From the NCBI GenBank assembly GCA_023245415.1, contig JAHFKJ010000001.1, positions 32,902 through 96,901 on the forward strand: a stretch of DNA of 64,000 bases. The letters run 5' to 3'. Below, piece by piece: positions 10,396-20,034 of the stretch (positions are counted from its first letter, which is position 1; each line of letters opens with the position of its first letter). The notes below the pieces were generated by a model, which was given only the letters and a program-made list of their open reading frames with translations, had not been told where the DNA came from and made no database searches. The position numbers and the translations under genes are program-made. The stretch comes from Candidatus Gottesmanbacteria bacterium. Lineage in GTDB: Bacteria; Patescibacteriota; Microgenomatia; UBA10105.

Positions 10396-11376
10396 TTAAC
10401 CGATATAATGAAACATTTTTTTTATACGATCGTGATACGTATGATGATTTTTAGTCTTTAACCAGCCTGAATAAGCAATTCTATTGCGAAGGTCTTCGTG
10501 TTTAAGGAAATAATCAACTTTTGAAATCATTTCAACTATAGATTTAAAATAAACCATTTCTATATTTTCTGTGAATAATTGACTCAAGGCAACATTATAC
10601 TCGCTAAGAACAAAAGCACCTACACCTGTGGACTCAAAATTTCTTAAATTGGCGATAACGACCGGTATACCTTCTTCTCCTGTTGAAACATTTATCACAA
10701 TTTTAGACTTGCGAAATACTTGCTTCATTTGTTGCTGATCTAGTTCACCATTGTAAAAATGCATAAGCGGGCTATTTTTCCAATTTGAGTAACCCCAAAG
10801 AGAGAAATTATAATCTTTGAGAGCGGAAAAATATTTGATTCTTCTTTGTGTTTTATGTCCGACAAATACAACATCAAAGTTTTTATAATTTACTTTAAAA
10901 TTAGTATCGGCTTCTCCTGCTACAGGTAAATATATAGTTTTTCTTCCAATTTTATTTAGTACTTGAGTTAAGTGTTTACATACTGAAAAATAATACTGGT
11001 AATATGGAGCAGTAGTGATTAAGAAATTCCACAAACCAATATTATCAGGGAACCAATTTATAGTAGGAATACCTAATGAATTTATTGCCTTTATTGTCGA
11101 AGGAAGAATTGTTTCACCTTTTATAGTGAGAAAGTAGTGAGGGTGTGTCTGCTTTATTTTTAATAATAGTTGATCATTTATCCAATTTATATACAAATTG
11201 GACATTTGCCTAATTGATGATAATATATTTTTAGACATTCCTAACCCGCTAGAAATAAAATCAGGTTTCAAATAATCGAAATGTACGACATGGTAATTCA
11301 GTTCATCTAATGCACGAGAAATAGGAGATAAGAAACGTGCCTGCTGAGGGATCGCAAATAGAATTTTATAAGTCAT
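10396..11376 (-). CDS. CgeB-like GT-B glycosyltransferase (Glyco_trans_1_2)
   Basis: KG, WFPD, DVVFVG, SKIVIN, NLRNFE and HHTY-x-DR motifs of the CgeB/YkvP family. Confidence 0.8.
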   Translation of the reverse strand: MTYKILFAIPQQARFLSPISRALDELNYHVVHFDYLKPDFISSGLGMSKNILSSIRQMSNLYINWINDQLLLKIKQTHPHYFLTIKGETILPSTIKAINSLGIPTINWFPDNIGLWNFLITTAPYYQYYFSVCKHLTQVLNKIGRKTIYLPVAGEADTNFKVNYKNFDVVFVGHKTQRRIKYFSALKDYNFSLWGYSNWKNSPLMHFYNGELDQQQMKQVFRKSKIVINVSTGEEGIPVVIANLRNFESTGVGAFVLSEYNVALSQLFTENIEMVYFKSIVEMISKVDYFLKHEDLRNRIAYSGWLKTKNHHTYHDRIKKMFHYIG

Positions 11377-11392
11377 CGAATTTTTTTTAAAT

Positions 11393-11773
11393 ATGCATGT
11401 TAGTAATAATAAATTATTAGCTTCAGATAACAGAGGATTAATATATTTTATAACAGCATTGAATTTTTCTATGAAGAATGCTTTATTTATTCTTTCAAAG
11501 AAAGGTGCATTAAGAGCAAATCATTACCATCAAAAAGATACACACGTTACTTATTTAATCACTGGAAAGTTCGAATACTTTGAGAAAAAAGTTCAAAGTA
11601 ACAGGTTTGGTACTGTGTCTCGTATTATACATCCTGGTGAAATGGTAGAAACTTTACCCAACACGATACACGCCATGAAGTTTATGGAGGATTCGAGTAT
11701 GCTGGTATTAACAACCGAAAAAAGAGATCAAAAGAGCTACGAAGGAGACACTGTGAGAATTCAACTAATTTAA
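11393..11773 (+). CDS. cupin-fold NDP-sugar isomerase/epimerase-like protein (FdtA/WxcM/RmlC-like)
   Basis: DNRG near the N-terminus, RANHYH cupin motif 1 and PNTIHAM motif 2. Confidence 0.7.
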   Translation: MHVSNNKLLASDNRGLIYFITALNFSMKNALFILSKKGALRANHYHQKDTHVTYLITGKFEYFEKKVQSNRFGTVSRIIHPGEMVETLPNTIHAMKFMEDSSMLVLTTEKRDQKSYEGDTVRIQLI

Positions 11774-13011
11774 ATAATTTTTGGAGATGGAACAGGTAGA
11801 ATAAATTTTACTCCCTTGTTTCTCAGATAAGCATATTTATCCATAATTGTTTTTGCAAAGTTCCAAGCGAGAATTAAAATATAATCAGGTTTTTGTATTG
11901 ATAAAAATCGAGAAGATCGTACCTGTATATGTGATCCAGGAGTAAAAAGATTGTGTTTAAATTCACTGTCATCTACTATGTAGTCGAGATACTGAGTATT
12001 AATTCCAAAGTAATTAAGTAAAGTATTACCTTTAGCTGGAGCGCCATATCCGATAATTCGTTTATTTTTCTGCTTAAGTTGAGATAAGAGTTCAGTTAAC
12101 GCAAGTTTATTTATCTCAACTCGCTGCGCAAATTGGTGATATGTAGAAAGGTTGGTCAGTTTTTTAGACTTTTCATATTTTAACAGTTTATTTACTAACG
12201 AAGAAATCTTATGCGTAGAATTCTCTTTTGTTACAAAAACTCTGAGTGAACCACCATGCGTAGATACACGTTCTACATCAATTATTCGCATCTGCCAGCC
12301 TTTAAAGAAGGTTAACAGCGGAGTTAACGAAAAATATGATATATGTTCGTGATAAACAGTATCAAATAGGTTCTTATCCAGAAAATCTATCAGATAGGGA
12401 ACTTCAAGAATAAAAACACCATTAGTATCTAGCAGGTTGTAAACTCCCTTTGCAACTTCGTCTATATCATTGATATGAGCAAAAACATTTGTGGCTGTGA
12501 TTATTTCAGCCCTTCCATAAGAATTTATAATTTTATCTGTCAGTAACAAACTAAAGAAATCAGTGATCGTATTGATACTGTTATTACGAGCAATTTGAGC
12601 CACGTTTTCTGATGGTTCAATGCCCAAAACTTGAATTCCAAGTTTGTGGTAAGGCTTAAGTAATATCCCATCGTTGCTTCCGATGTCAATTACTAATGAT
12701 GTTTTCTTTAATGAAAACCGCTCTACTATTTTACGCGCGAATTCTTCGAAGTGTTTTATAAAGAGAGGTGAGGTTGATGAAACGTATACATAATCCTTAA
12801 ACAAGACTTTTGGAGAAACGATATCGATTAGTTGAAGAAGGTGGCAATTCCTGCAGAAATAAACATTCAAAGGGTAATATTTTTCTGATTGAAAATCTCG
12901 CTGAGATTTAAGAAACGCATTTGCTAAAGGTTGCGGTCCAAACTTAAATACTAAAGTTAATTTATTGCTTTTACAGATACGGCAAACTTGATTTATGCTT
13001 AAATCCTTCAT
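11770..13011 (-). CDS. NDP-4-keto-sugar C-methyltransferase (TcaB9/TylCIII/NovU-like)
   Basis: Zn site CRIC...CRNC, DIGSNDG, FDTVYHEH, THGGSLR, GYGAPAKG and LAWNF. Confidence 0.9.
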   Translation of the reverse strand: MKDLSINQVCRICKSNKLTLVFKFGPQPLANAFLKSQRDFQSEKYYPLNVYFCRNCHLLQLIDIVSPKVLFKDYVYVSSTSPLFIKHFEEFARKIVERFSLKKTSLVIDIGSNDGILLKPYHKLGIQVLGIEPSENVAQIARNNSINTITDFFSLLLTDKIINSYGRAEIITATNVFAHINDIDEVAKGVYNLLDTNGVFILEVPYLIDFLDKNLFDTVYHEHISYFSLTPLLTFFKGWQMRIIDVERVSTHGGSLRVFVTKENSTHKISSLVNKLLKYEKSKKLTNLSTYHQFAQRVEINKLALTELLSQLKQKNKRIIGYGAPAKGNTLLNYFGINTQYLDYIVDDSEFKHNLFTPGSHIQVRSSRFLSIQKPDYILILAWNFAKTIMDKYAYLRNKGVKFILPVPSPKII

Positions 13012-13105
13012 ATGTTGTATGTCAAAACTTTATGCAATCTAGGTAATTTATGTTAAAGAAAGTTTCGTCTAGTACATTAGTTGGTAAACAAATGTAATAT
13101 TTTCA

Positions 13106-13114
13106 TGATACAAT
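13106..13114 (+). promoter_or_regulatory. extended -10 element (TGaTACAAT)
   Basis: In the divergent intergenic region, 19 nt before ATG 13134. Confidence 0.4.
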
Positions 13115-13133
13115 TTACGCCAAACTAAATTAT

Positions 13134-14195
13134 ATGAGTAGATCTATTTTTGAGCAAGACACCGGTAAAATTGCTAAAAGTATTCGTAAAATTTCCACTC
13201 AACTGTCTGGGTGCACGTTATTAATTTCTGGTGGTACCGGATTTATCGGGTCTTATATTTTACGCACGATTGCATATTTAAATAAAACAACTTTACCTCA
13301 AGCTTGTAAAGTAATTTCAATCGACAATTATCTCACAAGTACTAAAAAAGAAAATGATGATGAGTTTCCTAAAGAAGAATTTACTTTTCTAGAGCATGAC
13401 ATTAGACAGCCTTTAAGTTTATGGGAAAAAATTGATTTTATAATTCATGCTGCAGGTGTAGCATCACCGATTTATTATCAAAAATATCCTTTAGAAACGA
13501 TTGAAACTGCGATTTGGGGGGCAAAAAATCTTCTAGAGTTAGCGAAAATAAAAAAAAGTAAAAGTTTTCTCTATTTCTCATCTAGTGAGATTTATGGTGA
13601 TCCGGATCCATCAGCAGTACCCACTCCAGAAACGTACCGAGGTAATGTTTCTTCCATTGGTGACCGCGCTTGTTATGACGAGTCCAAACGATTGGGTGAA
13701 ACTTTGTGCATGACTTACTTTTTTTTACATAAGATTCCCCTAAAAATTGTCAGACCTTTCAATATTTTTGGACCTGGTATGAAAGCCAACGACTACCGAG
13801 TAGTTCCCACATTTATATACCGTGCGCTGACGGACAAATACTTACCTGTTCATGATAAGGGAAACCAAACTCGTACCTTTTGTTACATCACTGATGCAGT
13901 TACTGCATTTTTCCAGGTACTTCTTTCATCTAAAAATGGTGAAGTCTACAATGTGGGTAATGATACAAATGAAATCAATATGATGAGTTTAGCTGATACG
14001 GTAAGTCAGTTATTTAAAAAACGACCCGTCATTAAAATGATTGCATATCCAAATCATTATCCCTCAGACGAGCCTCGCCGGCGCTGCCCAGATTTATCAA
14101 AAATAAAAGCAGAATTTGGTTATACTCCGGAGGTGAATTTGTCTATGGGGCTTAAACGTACACTCACATGGTATAAATCAACCTATAAGTTATGA
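13134..14195 (+). CDS. extended SDR, UDP-glucuronate decarboxylase (UDP-xylose synthase)-like
   Basis: GGTGFIG, ASP, SSSEIYGDP, GNVSSIGDRACYDESKR (YxxxK), QTRTFCY and DEPRRRCPD. Confidence 0.8.
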   Translation: MSRSIFEQDTGKIAKSIRKISTQLSGCTLLISGGTGFIGSYILRTIAYLNKTTLPQACKVISIDNYLTSTKKENDDEFPKEEFTFLEHDIRQPLSLWEKIDFIIHAAGVASPIYYQKYPLETIETAIWGAKNLLELAKIKKSKSFLYFSSSEIYGDPDPSAVPTPETYRGNVSSIGDRACYDESKRLGETLCMTYFFLHKIPLKIVRPFNIFGPGMKANDYRVVPTFIYRALTDKYLPVHDKGNQTRTFCYITDAVTAFFQVLLSSKNGEVYNVGNDTNEINMMSLADTVSQLFKKRPVIKMIAYPNHYPSDEPRRRCPDLSKIKAEFGYTPEVNLSMGLKRTLTWYKSTYKL

Positions 14196-15139
14196 TTAAC
14201 CTGGCGCTTGTCGGAGTGGGTAAGTGGGGGAAAAACTTTTTGACTACTGTCGATAAGGTTTCAGATTGTAGGATTAAATATGTTTGCGCAAAAACGCAAA
14301 ATACACTGCAAAATTTATCGGATTCTTTTTCAAAGACAATTTTATATGAGGAATTATTCGAAAAAAAAGATTTACACGGTGTAATTATCGCGTCGCCTGC
14401 AGTAACTCATTTTAGAATGGCATATGACTTTATATCGCATGGGATTCCTGTACTTGTAGAAAAACCATTTACTACAAATCTTATTGAAGCAATTAAACTG
14501 GAAAATCACGCAACTAAACTGCAAGTTCCCTTAATGGTAGGACATGAATTTGTGTATAATCCCGCTTTTCAAGTCTTTAAACGAATATTATCTGAAATTG
14601 GATCTGTGAAATATATATATACGGAAGCAGGAAATTATGGTCCCTTTAGACCAGATATCTCCTGTTTATGGGATTGGGGTCCTCACGATGTCGCTATGTT
14701 AATTGATCTATTCCAATTATTACCTCAAACTGTTCAAGCTTGGATTACCGGTGAAGATATAGTTATCGCCCGACTTGTTTTTAATAAAACCGTAGATGCT
14801 TTTATCAACATCAACCGATTGATGCATACTAAAATTAGAACTTTCAATGCCTTGAGCCGTAAAATTAGCATTAGATACGATGAATTTGCGAAACAAAAAC
14901 TTACGTTTTATAGCTATCAACCAGTAATGAATAATTCCCAAATTAAACCGATGATTTCTTACCCTGACTATGATTTAACACCAGCGTTGCAAAAAGAAGT
15001 CGAAACCTTTGTTCAAATTATTCAAAACCGTAAGCATCCGAATCTTACAAACGGTTCTCACGCAGTGTTAGTAATCAAAATTCTCGAGGCCTTAGAGAAT
15101 TCATCAAACAACTCAGGTAAAGCTATAGAAATTCATTAA
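14192..15139 (+). CDS. Gfo/Idh/MocA oxidoreductase
   Basis: GVGKWG, VEKP, MVGH and WDWGPHD. Confidence 0.9.
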   Translation: MINLALVGVGKWGKNFLTTVDKVSDCRIKYVCAKTQNTLQNLSDSFSKTILYEELFEKKDLHGVIIASPAVTHFRMAYDFISHGIPVLVEKPFTTNLIEAIKLENHATKLQVPLMVGHEFVYNPAFQVFKRILSEIGSVKYIYTEAGNYGPFRPDISCLWDWGPHDVAMLIDLFQLLPQTVQAWITGEDIVIARLVFNKTVDAFININRLMHTKIRTFNALSRKISIRYDEFAKQKLTFYSYQPVMNNSQIKPMISYPDYDLTPALQKEVETFVQIIQNRKHPNLTNGSHAVLVIKILEALENSSNNSGKAIEIH

Positions 15140-16760
15140 ATTCTAATACGTCTATATACGGACCAAATCTATTTACATGAAGCAGTTCGTAAACATTTGC
15201 AGATCCATGAATTAAATTTGTTAAAGGTTCTAACGAAGTCGTATGACGAGGAGTGATATGTTTAATTAATCGCCAGTGTGGAGGAGCATGGGTTACTAAT
15301 CGCTTTTCGGAAGTCCAAAATAATTGAATGATATATTTAATTTTCTGATTTTGAGCATACGCAAAAGTTTTATCAGGATCATCTCCTTGCTTGGTTATTT
15401 CGAGATAAACAACATTTCTTACAGTTTCCGGGTAGTCTTTCGGGGTTAAGACTTTAGCAAGTTGACCCCAAGCACTAGGTTTAAACACCTGCATAACTTT
15501 CATGGCTTCTCTATCGGGGACAAATGGAGAAAAACGAATAGATGTTAATGCAATCTGTAAGTTTGGATCAATATGTCGATTCAGCCAAGTCTGCATTTCA
15601 ATAAATGTAGGCGTATTGTTGTAACGTGATAACCATAAAAGAGATGGAAATATAAGTAATAATATGATTAAGCCAGTAGAGATAGTTAAAACATATTTAT
15701 TCTTAACGCTAACAAGAATATGATTCAAAACAAATGCTGCCGGAATTGATAAGAGGGGAATTATCGGAAGTAAATATCTGAGTGACTGATAAAATGTAAT
15801 CGCCATAATTAGAAAATAAATAGTTGAATAACTCATTATTGGTAAGAGTAATTTTGGCCAATGTTTTACCATGAAAATAGAAATTAAAAGTAATATAAAC
15901 AACATTGGTTCTGTAAGAATAAATTCTTTTGTATAAAACCCTAACCCGCTCAAAAGACCTTGGTTAATATTAGCGGTAAGTATATTTTGAAACTCTGATA
16001 GTTGATATGTATAAGTCATCAGCATTTTATATAAGCTTAACGAGACTAAAGGTATCCCGATAAGTACAGTGAGAGTAAGTAATGATTGGTTGTAAGGTAA
16101 AATTTTTCTTTTAGATTGCAAAAAAAGCAGCAAGAGTAGTAATAATCCATAAATGGCAGAAAAATGAAATCCAATAGCCAATACGAACGAAAGGGCAGAA
16201 AAAAATATAAATTTAATTTGTTGTTGAACTTTATCCAAACTTTTATAGCACCAGTAGATTCCCAACAAGTAAAAAAACTGTGAAGGCATCCACGGTTTCC
16301 CAATATGAGACAGTTGCACATGAGTTGTTGAAAATGCCACTATGAACGTAGCCCAAAAAGCAACGTTGGGTCGTTTGGGAAGTATTAATCTTGTTAACTT
16401 ATAGACAATTAGGAGTGAAGCTGTCCCAAATAAAGCTGAAATAAGTCTTGGAATAAATAATAAGTAGCCTTCGTGAGTTAATATAAAAAGTTCAAATTGA
16501 GAAATGTTGGATACGTGGTGAGTTAACCACAGGAACAGATAAGTAGCACCGAAGAATGGAATTAAAACATAAGAACCTAGTGGAGGATATTGAGAAGAAG
16601 TTATAAGTGTTTTTTGTGATAGCATTTCAAATGCCGCAAGGTAATTAGGAACTTCATCTGGAACGGTATAAAGTGCAGGACTACCAAAAGTTGGATTTAT
16701 AATTCTAATTGTAAACGCTAAAATAATAATAAATATTAGATTAATCATTGATGAATTCAT
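15123..16760 (-). CDS. GT-C (GT39/GT83-like) membrane glycosyltransferase
   Basis: PDE in first loop, YPPL, RLISALFG and RYLLP; soluble C-terminal domain. Start trimmed to ATG 16760 (or 16748) because the longer track ORF overlaps pseC. Confidence 0.75.
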   Translation of the reverse strand: MNSSMINLIFIIILAFTIRIINPTFGSPALYTVPDEVPNYLAAFEMLSQKTLITSSQYPPLGSYVLIPFFGATYLFLWLTHHVSNISQFELFILTHEGYLLFIPRLISALFGTASLLIVYKLTRLILPKRPNVAFWATFIVAFSTTHVQLSHIGKPWMPSQFFYLLGIYWCYKSLDKVQQQIKFIFFSALSFVLAIGFHFSAIYGLLLLLLLFLQSKRKILPYNQSLLTLTVLIGIPLVSLSLYKMLMTYTYQLSEFQNILTANINQGLLSGLGFYTKEFILTEPMLFILLLISIFMVKHWPKLLLPIMSYSTIYFLIMAITFYQSLRYLLPIIPLLSIPAAFVLNHILVSVKNKYVLTISTGLIILLLIFPSLLWLSRYNNTPTFIEMQTWLNRHIDPNLQIALTSIRFSPFVPDREAMKVMQVFKPSAWGQLAKVLTPKDYPETVRNVVYLEITKQGDDPDKTFAYAQNQKIKYIIQLFWTSEKRLVTHAPPHWRLIKHITPRHTTSLEPLTNLIHGSANVYELLHVNRFGPYIDVLEFNEFL

Positions 16761-16773
16761 AAATGTAAGGGGT

Positions 16774-16781
16774 AGTATAAT
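16774..16781. promoter_or_regulatory. overlapping bidirectional -10 hexamers (TATAAT on +, TATACT on -)
   Basis: AGTATAAT in the 32-bp gap between divergent starts 16760 and 16793. Confidence 0.4.
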
Positions 16782-16792
16782 TACACTAATCG

Positions 16793-17986
16793 ATGGGAGC
16801 AAATAATGTGTTAAAAATAAAAAGCCAAATACCATACGGTAAACAGCAAATATTCTCTGATGATGTTGAAGCAGTTGTAAGAGTTTTAAATTCAGATTAT
16901 CTGACACAAGGACCTTGTATTGAAAAATTTGAATATGCAATCGCACAATATTGTCAAGTCAAATACGCTGTAGCTTTTTCATCCGGTACCGCAGCTCTTC
17001 ATGGTGCATGTTTTGCTGCAGGAGTCGGAAATGGAGATGAAGTCATTACATCACCGTTAACTTTTGCAGCTTCAGCAAACTGTGTATTGTATTGCGGAGG
17101 AAAACCCGTATTTGCTGATATAAAATCCGATATTCCCTTGATAGATCCAAAACAAATATTTTTAAAAATTACCGATCGGACAAAAGCTGTTATACCTGTT
17201 GACTATTCTGGTATGCCAGCAGATTACCATGAAATAAATATTCTTGTTAGAAAACATAAATTAATAGTTATTGCGGATGCGGCGCATTCTTTCGGGGCAA
17301 CTTATAAGGATAAGAAAGTTGGCAGCTTAGCTGATATGACAGTGTTTTCTTTTCATCCAGTGAAACTTATTACTACAGGTGAAGGTGGAATGGTTGTAAC
17401 TAATAATCAAAAATTTTATGAGCGATTATTACTTTTTCGAAATCATGGGATTACAAAAGACCCGCGATTATTAAAAAGAAAAAGTGAGGGCCCATGGTAT
17501 TATGAAATGCAAGAGTTGGGTTTTAATTACCGACTAACCGATATACAGGCTGCGTTGGGTTTGATGCAACTTAAAAAAATTAATCGGTTTTTGGTTCGAA
17601 GGACTGAGATTGCTTCCGTATACACAAATTTTTTAAAAAATGAGATAAATATTCGTTCGCTGAGTGTTTCAAATGATCGCACATCCGCCTGGCATTTATA
17701 TCCGATTCAGCTGCAAGGAAAACTTCGAAATCTTAGAAAAGATATTGTAAATTTACTCCATAAGAGGGGGGTGATGGTACAAATTCACTACATTCCTGTA
17801 CATTTACATCCTTTTTATCACGAGCAGTTTGGGTTTAAAAAGGGAGATTTTCCCAACGCAGAAGCATTTTACGAAGGCGAAATTTCATTACCAATTTTTC
17901 CTAAACTAAAAACTAGAGAGCAATTTTGGGTTTTAAAAACACTCAAAAACGTCCTTACGTCTTTTTCTTCACTTAGTAAACATTGA
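16793..17986 (+). CDS. pseC: UDP-4-amino-4,6-dideoxy-N-acetyl-beta-L-altrosamine transaminase
   Basis: IPYGKQ...DYLTQGP, DAAH, SFHPVKLITTGEGG, WYYEMQELGFNYR and HYIPVH; pseB and pseI are nearby. Confidence 0.88.
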   Translation: MGANNVLKIKSQIPYGKQQIFSDDVEAVVRVLNSDYLTQGPCIEKFEYAIAQYCQVKYAVAFSSGTAALHGACFAAGVGNGDEVITSPLTFAASANCVLYCGGKPVFADIKSDIPLIDPKQIFLKITDRTKAVIPVDYSGMPADYHEINILVRKHKLIVIADAAHSFGATYKDKKVGSLADMTVFSFHPVKLITTGEGGMVVTNNQKFYERLLLFRNHGITKDPRLLKRKSEGPWYYEMQELGFNYRLTDIQAALGLMQLKKINRFLVRRTEIASVYTNFLKNEINIRSLSVSNDRTSAWHLYPIQLQGKLRNLRKDIVNLLHKRGVMVQIHYIPVHLHPFYHEQFGFKKGDFPNAEAFYEGEISLPIFPKLKTREQFWVLKTLKNVLTSFSSLSKH

Positions 17987-18012
17987 TTTTATCACTGTGG
18001 GAATATCAAATT

Positions 18013-18798
18013 TTAGCGGACATCAATTCCTTTTAGGCGCATATATTCTTTTGCATGTCGGGTGGATTGTTCAGTAAAGTGAAAAATGTTTGCTGCGGCT
18101 ACAGCCGATGCATGACCGTTCACAATTCCGTCAAATAAATGTTGCCATTCACCTACACCGCCGGCGGCAATTACTGGTATATCAACATTATCAGCAATAT
18201 TTCTAATTAAATTCAAATCATATCCGGAAAGTGTGCCGTCTTTATCCATTGATTGTAAAAGTATTTCTCCGGCTCCTCTGTTGGCCACTTCTTTTGCCCA
18301 ATAAATCGGATCCAAACCTGTTGCAACTTGGCCGTAACTTGTGATGACTTCATATTTATCATTTATTTTCTTAACATCAATTGACACAACGATACACTGT
18401 CTACCGAATATTTTAGCAGCCTCAGTTATAAATTCAGGTTTTTTAACAGCTTGTGAGTTGATCGAAATCTTATCGGCGCCGGCATGTAGATATTTTCTAA
18501 TATCAGCAATCGTATTGATACCACCACCAACAGTCAGCGGTACGAAACATCTAGTAGAAATATATTCTGTGTATTCAATCAATTTGGAGAAATTTTCTAA
18601 ATTAATATCCTGTCGACCTCGTATATACTTCATTTCTGGGGTGATGTCTAAAAAAACTATTTCGTCTACTTCCCATGCATTGAAGTATTCAATTGCAATT
18701 TTTGGGTTTCCTACAGGACGAAATGTTTTAAATTCAATACTCTTAACAAGCATACCTTCGCGCAACAACAGAATTGGGATCAGACGCTTTTTTAACAT
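18013..18798 (-). CDS. wbuZ: HisF-like cyclase subunit of an N-acetyl-sugar amidotransferase complex (WbuZ/AglZ-like)
   Basis: LKKRLIP, VPLTVGGG, GADKISINS and GAGEILL; adjacent to a WbuX-type gene. Confidence 0.85.
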   Translation of the reverse strand: MLKKRLIPILLLREGMLVKSIEFKTFRPVGNPKIAIEYFNAWEVDEIVFLDITPEMKYIRGRQDINLENFSKLIEYTEYISTRCFVPLTVGGGINTIADIRKYLHAGADKISINSQAVKKPEFITEAAKIFGRQCIVVSIDVKKINDKYEVITSYGQVATGLDPIYWAKEVANRGAGEILLQSMDKDGTLSGYDLNLIRNIADNVDIPVIAAGGVGEWQHLFDGIVNGHASAVAAANIFHFTEQSTRHAKEYMRLKGIDVR

Positions 18799-18799
18799 A

Positions 18800-20029
18800 T
18801 TACATGAATTGATATTCTTTTGGTTCTGGAAGAGGAGGGTTAGGCTGTAAAATATAGTAAGAATCAGGATTTAAGGGCAATCTAGAGACCTCGACGCCTG
18901 GATCATCAAGATGATTAGTAATAGAGTCAATCAGCTTCCAGTCACCAGATGATATTTTTTTCCATGCCTGTCGATCGCGCATTTTCTCAACTGCTTCAAA
19001 CAAATCTTTCTTGACTAGACCTGTCCATTTCAAGTATATATCCAGGTCATATGGTTCCTGGTGGTCATATTTTTCAACCATTGCAATTCCTTGCTCCCGG
19101 CTCATTCTACCGAAGCGAATATCAATACTGGCGTGATCCGTTGCTCGACCGTATCCAAATTTAAGATAGCGGAGATAGTCGTTTAGTCCGTTTGAAACAT
19201 GATCTTCGACATTTTCATATAAATTAAACGACCGATGCGGCGGTCCAGATTCAAAGCCGTATTTTTTTATCATCAGTTCCGTTTGTATTTTATGATTCCA
19301 GGGTATGAAGTTCCCTAAATAAATACCGCGAACATCGACACGATCAATTTCTTGATCGGTAGGATACATGGCCCAAAATAAATCCTTAGGTGTAATATCA
19401 TTTTCTTCTGAGAGCATATCCTGCCAATCATAACCGCGAAGTCCGTGTTCTACACGAAACTTTTTTGTCATTTCCACCATATCAAAATGTGAAAACATAC
19501 CTCCCAAGTCCATAAAACCTTGCTCACCCCAAATTATAAGCGGTATATTGTATTTTACGGCAATTTGCACAGGATAAGTGTAGATTCCACAGTGACTGTG
19601 CCAAAACATATCCCCCATTCTTCTTATAGTATAGATGGATAATTTTTTGATAGCAGCTGGATTGGGAGTGAAACGGAGATGGTCTAACTCAAATCGTTTG
19701 ACTAAGTTAGTCAAGTTTCTTAAACCGCGTTTGGTATTCATCTCGTGGTTAAATGTCACGAGCAACGGATTCATCCCGTAAATAACTTTAATGAGATAGG
19801 TTTGATAATGGCTATCTTTGCCGCCGGAAACAGGAATAATACAATCATAGTTTTTACCATTAGTGCTGCGATACTTGTCTAGAATAGTTCGAAGTTTATT
19901 CTCGCGCTCCTTCCAGTCGATGCTTTCTTTTTCTTCATGTACCCGACATGCACTACATACACCTTGTTCATCAAAGGTGAGCGGAATGGCATAATTTTCC
20001 GGACAGACGCAGCGTTGACAGTAGCGCAT
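18800..20029 (-). CDS. wbuX: N-acetyl sugar amidotransferase (WbuX/PseA/PtmG family)
   Basis: N-terminal CxxC...CxxC, YDCIIPVSGGKDS PP-loop, IWGE and KFGYGRATD. Confidence 0.92.
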   Translation of the reverse strand: MRYCQRCVCPENYAIPLTFDEQGVCSACRVHEEKESIDWKERENKLRTILDKYRSTNGKNYDCIIPVSGGKDSHYQTYLIKVIYGMNPLLVTFNHEMNTKRGLRNLTNLVKRFELDHLRFTPNPAAIKKLSIYTIRRMGDMFWHSHCGIYTYPVQIAVKYNIPLIIWGEQGFMDLGGMFSHFDMVEMTKKFRVEHGLRGYDWQDMLSEENDITPKDLFWAMYPTDQEIDRVDVRGIYLGNFIPWNHKIQTELMIKKYGFESGPPHRSFNLYENVEDHVSNGLNDYLRYLKFGYGRATDHASIDIRFGRMSREQGIAMVEKYDHQEPYDLDIYLKWTGLVKKDLFEAVEKMRDRQAWKKISSGDWKLIDSITNHLDDPGVEVSRLPLNPDSYYILQPNPPLPEPKEYQFM

Positions 20030-20034
20030 AAAAT

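Noticed and set aside
16761-16946. Long N-terminal extensions in the track (16946, 46643, 61252, 56267, 45117, 2866)
   Set aside because: They overlap neighbouring genes or promoter elements; later starts fit the family N-termini and, for 46598 and 61309, the -10 spacing.
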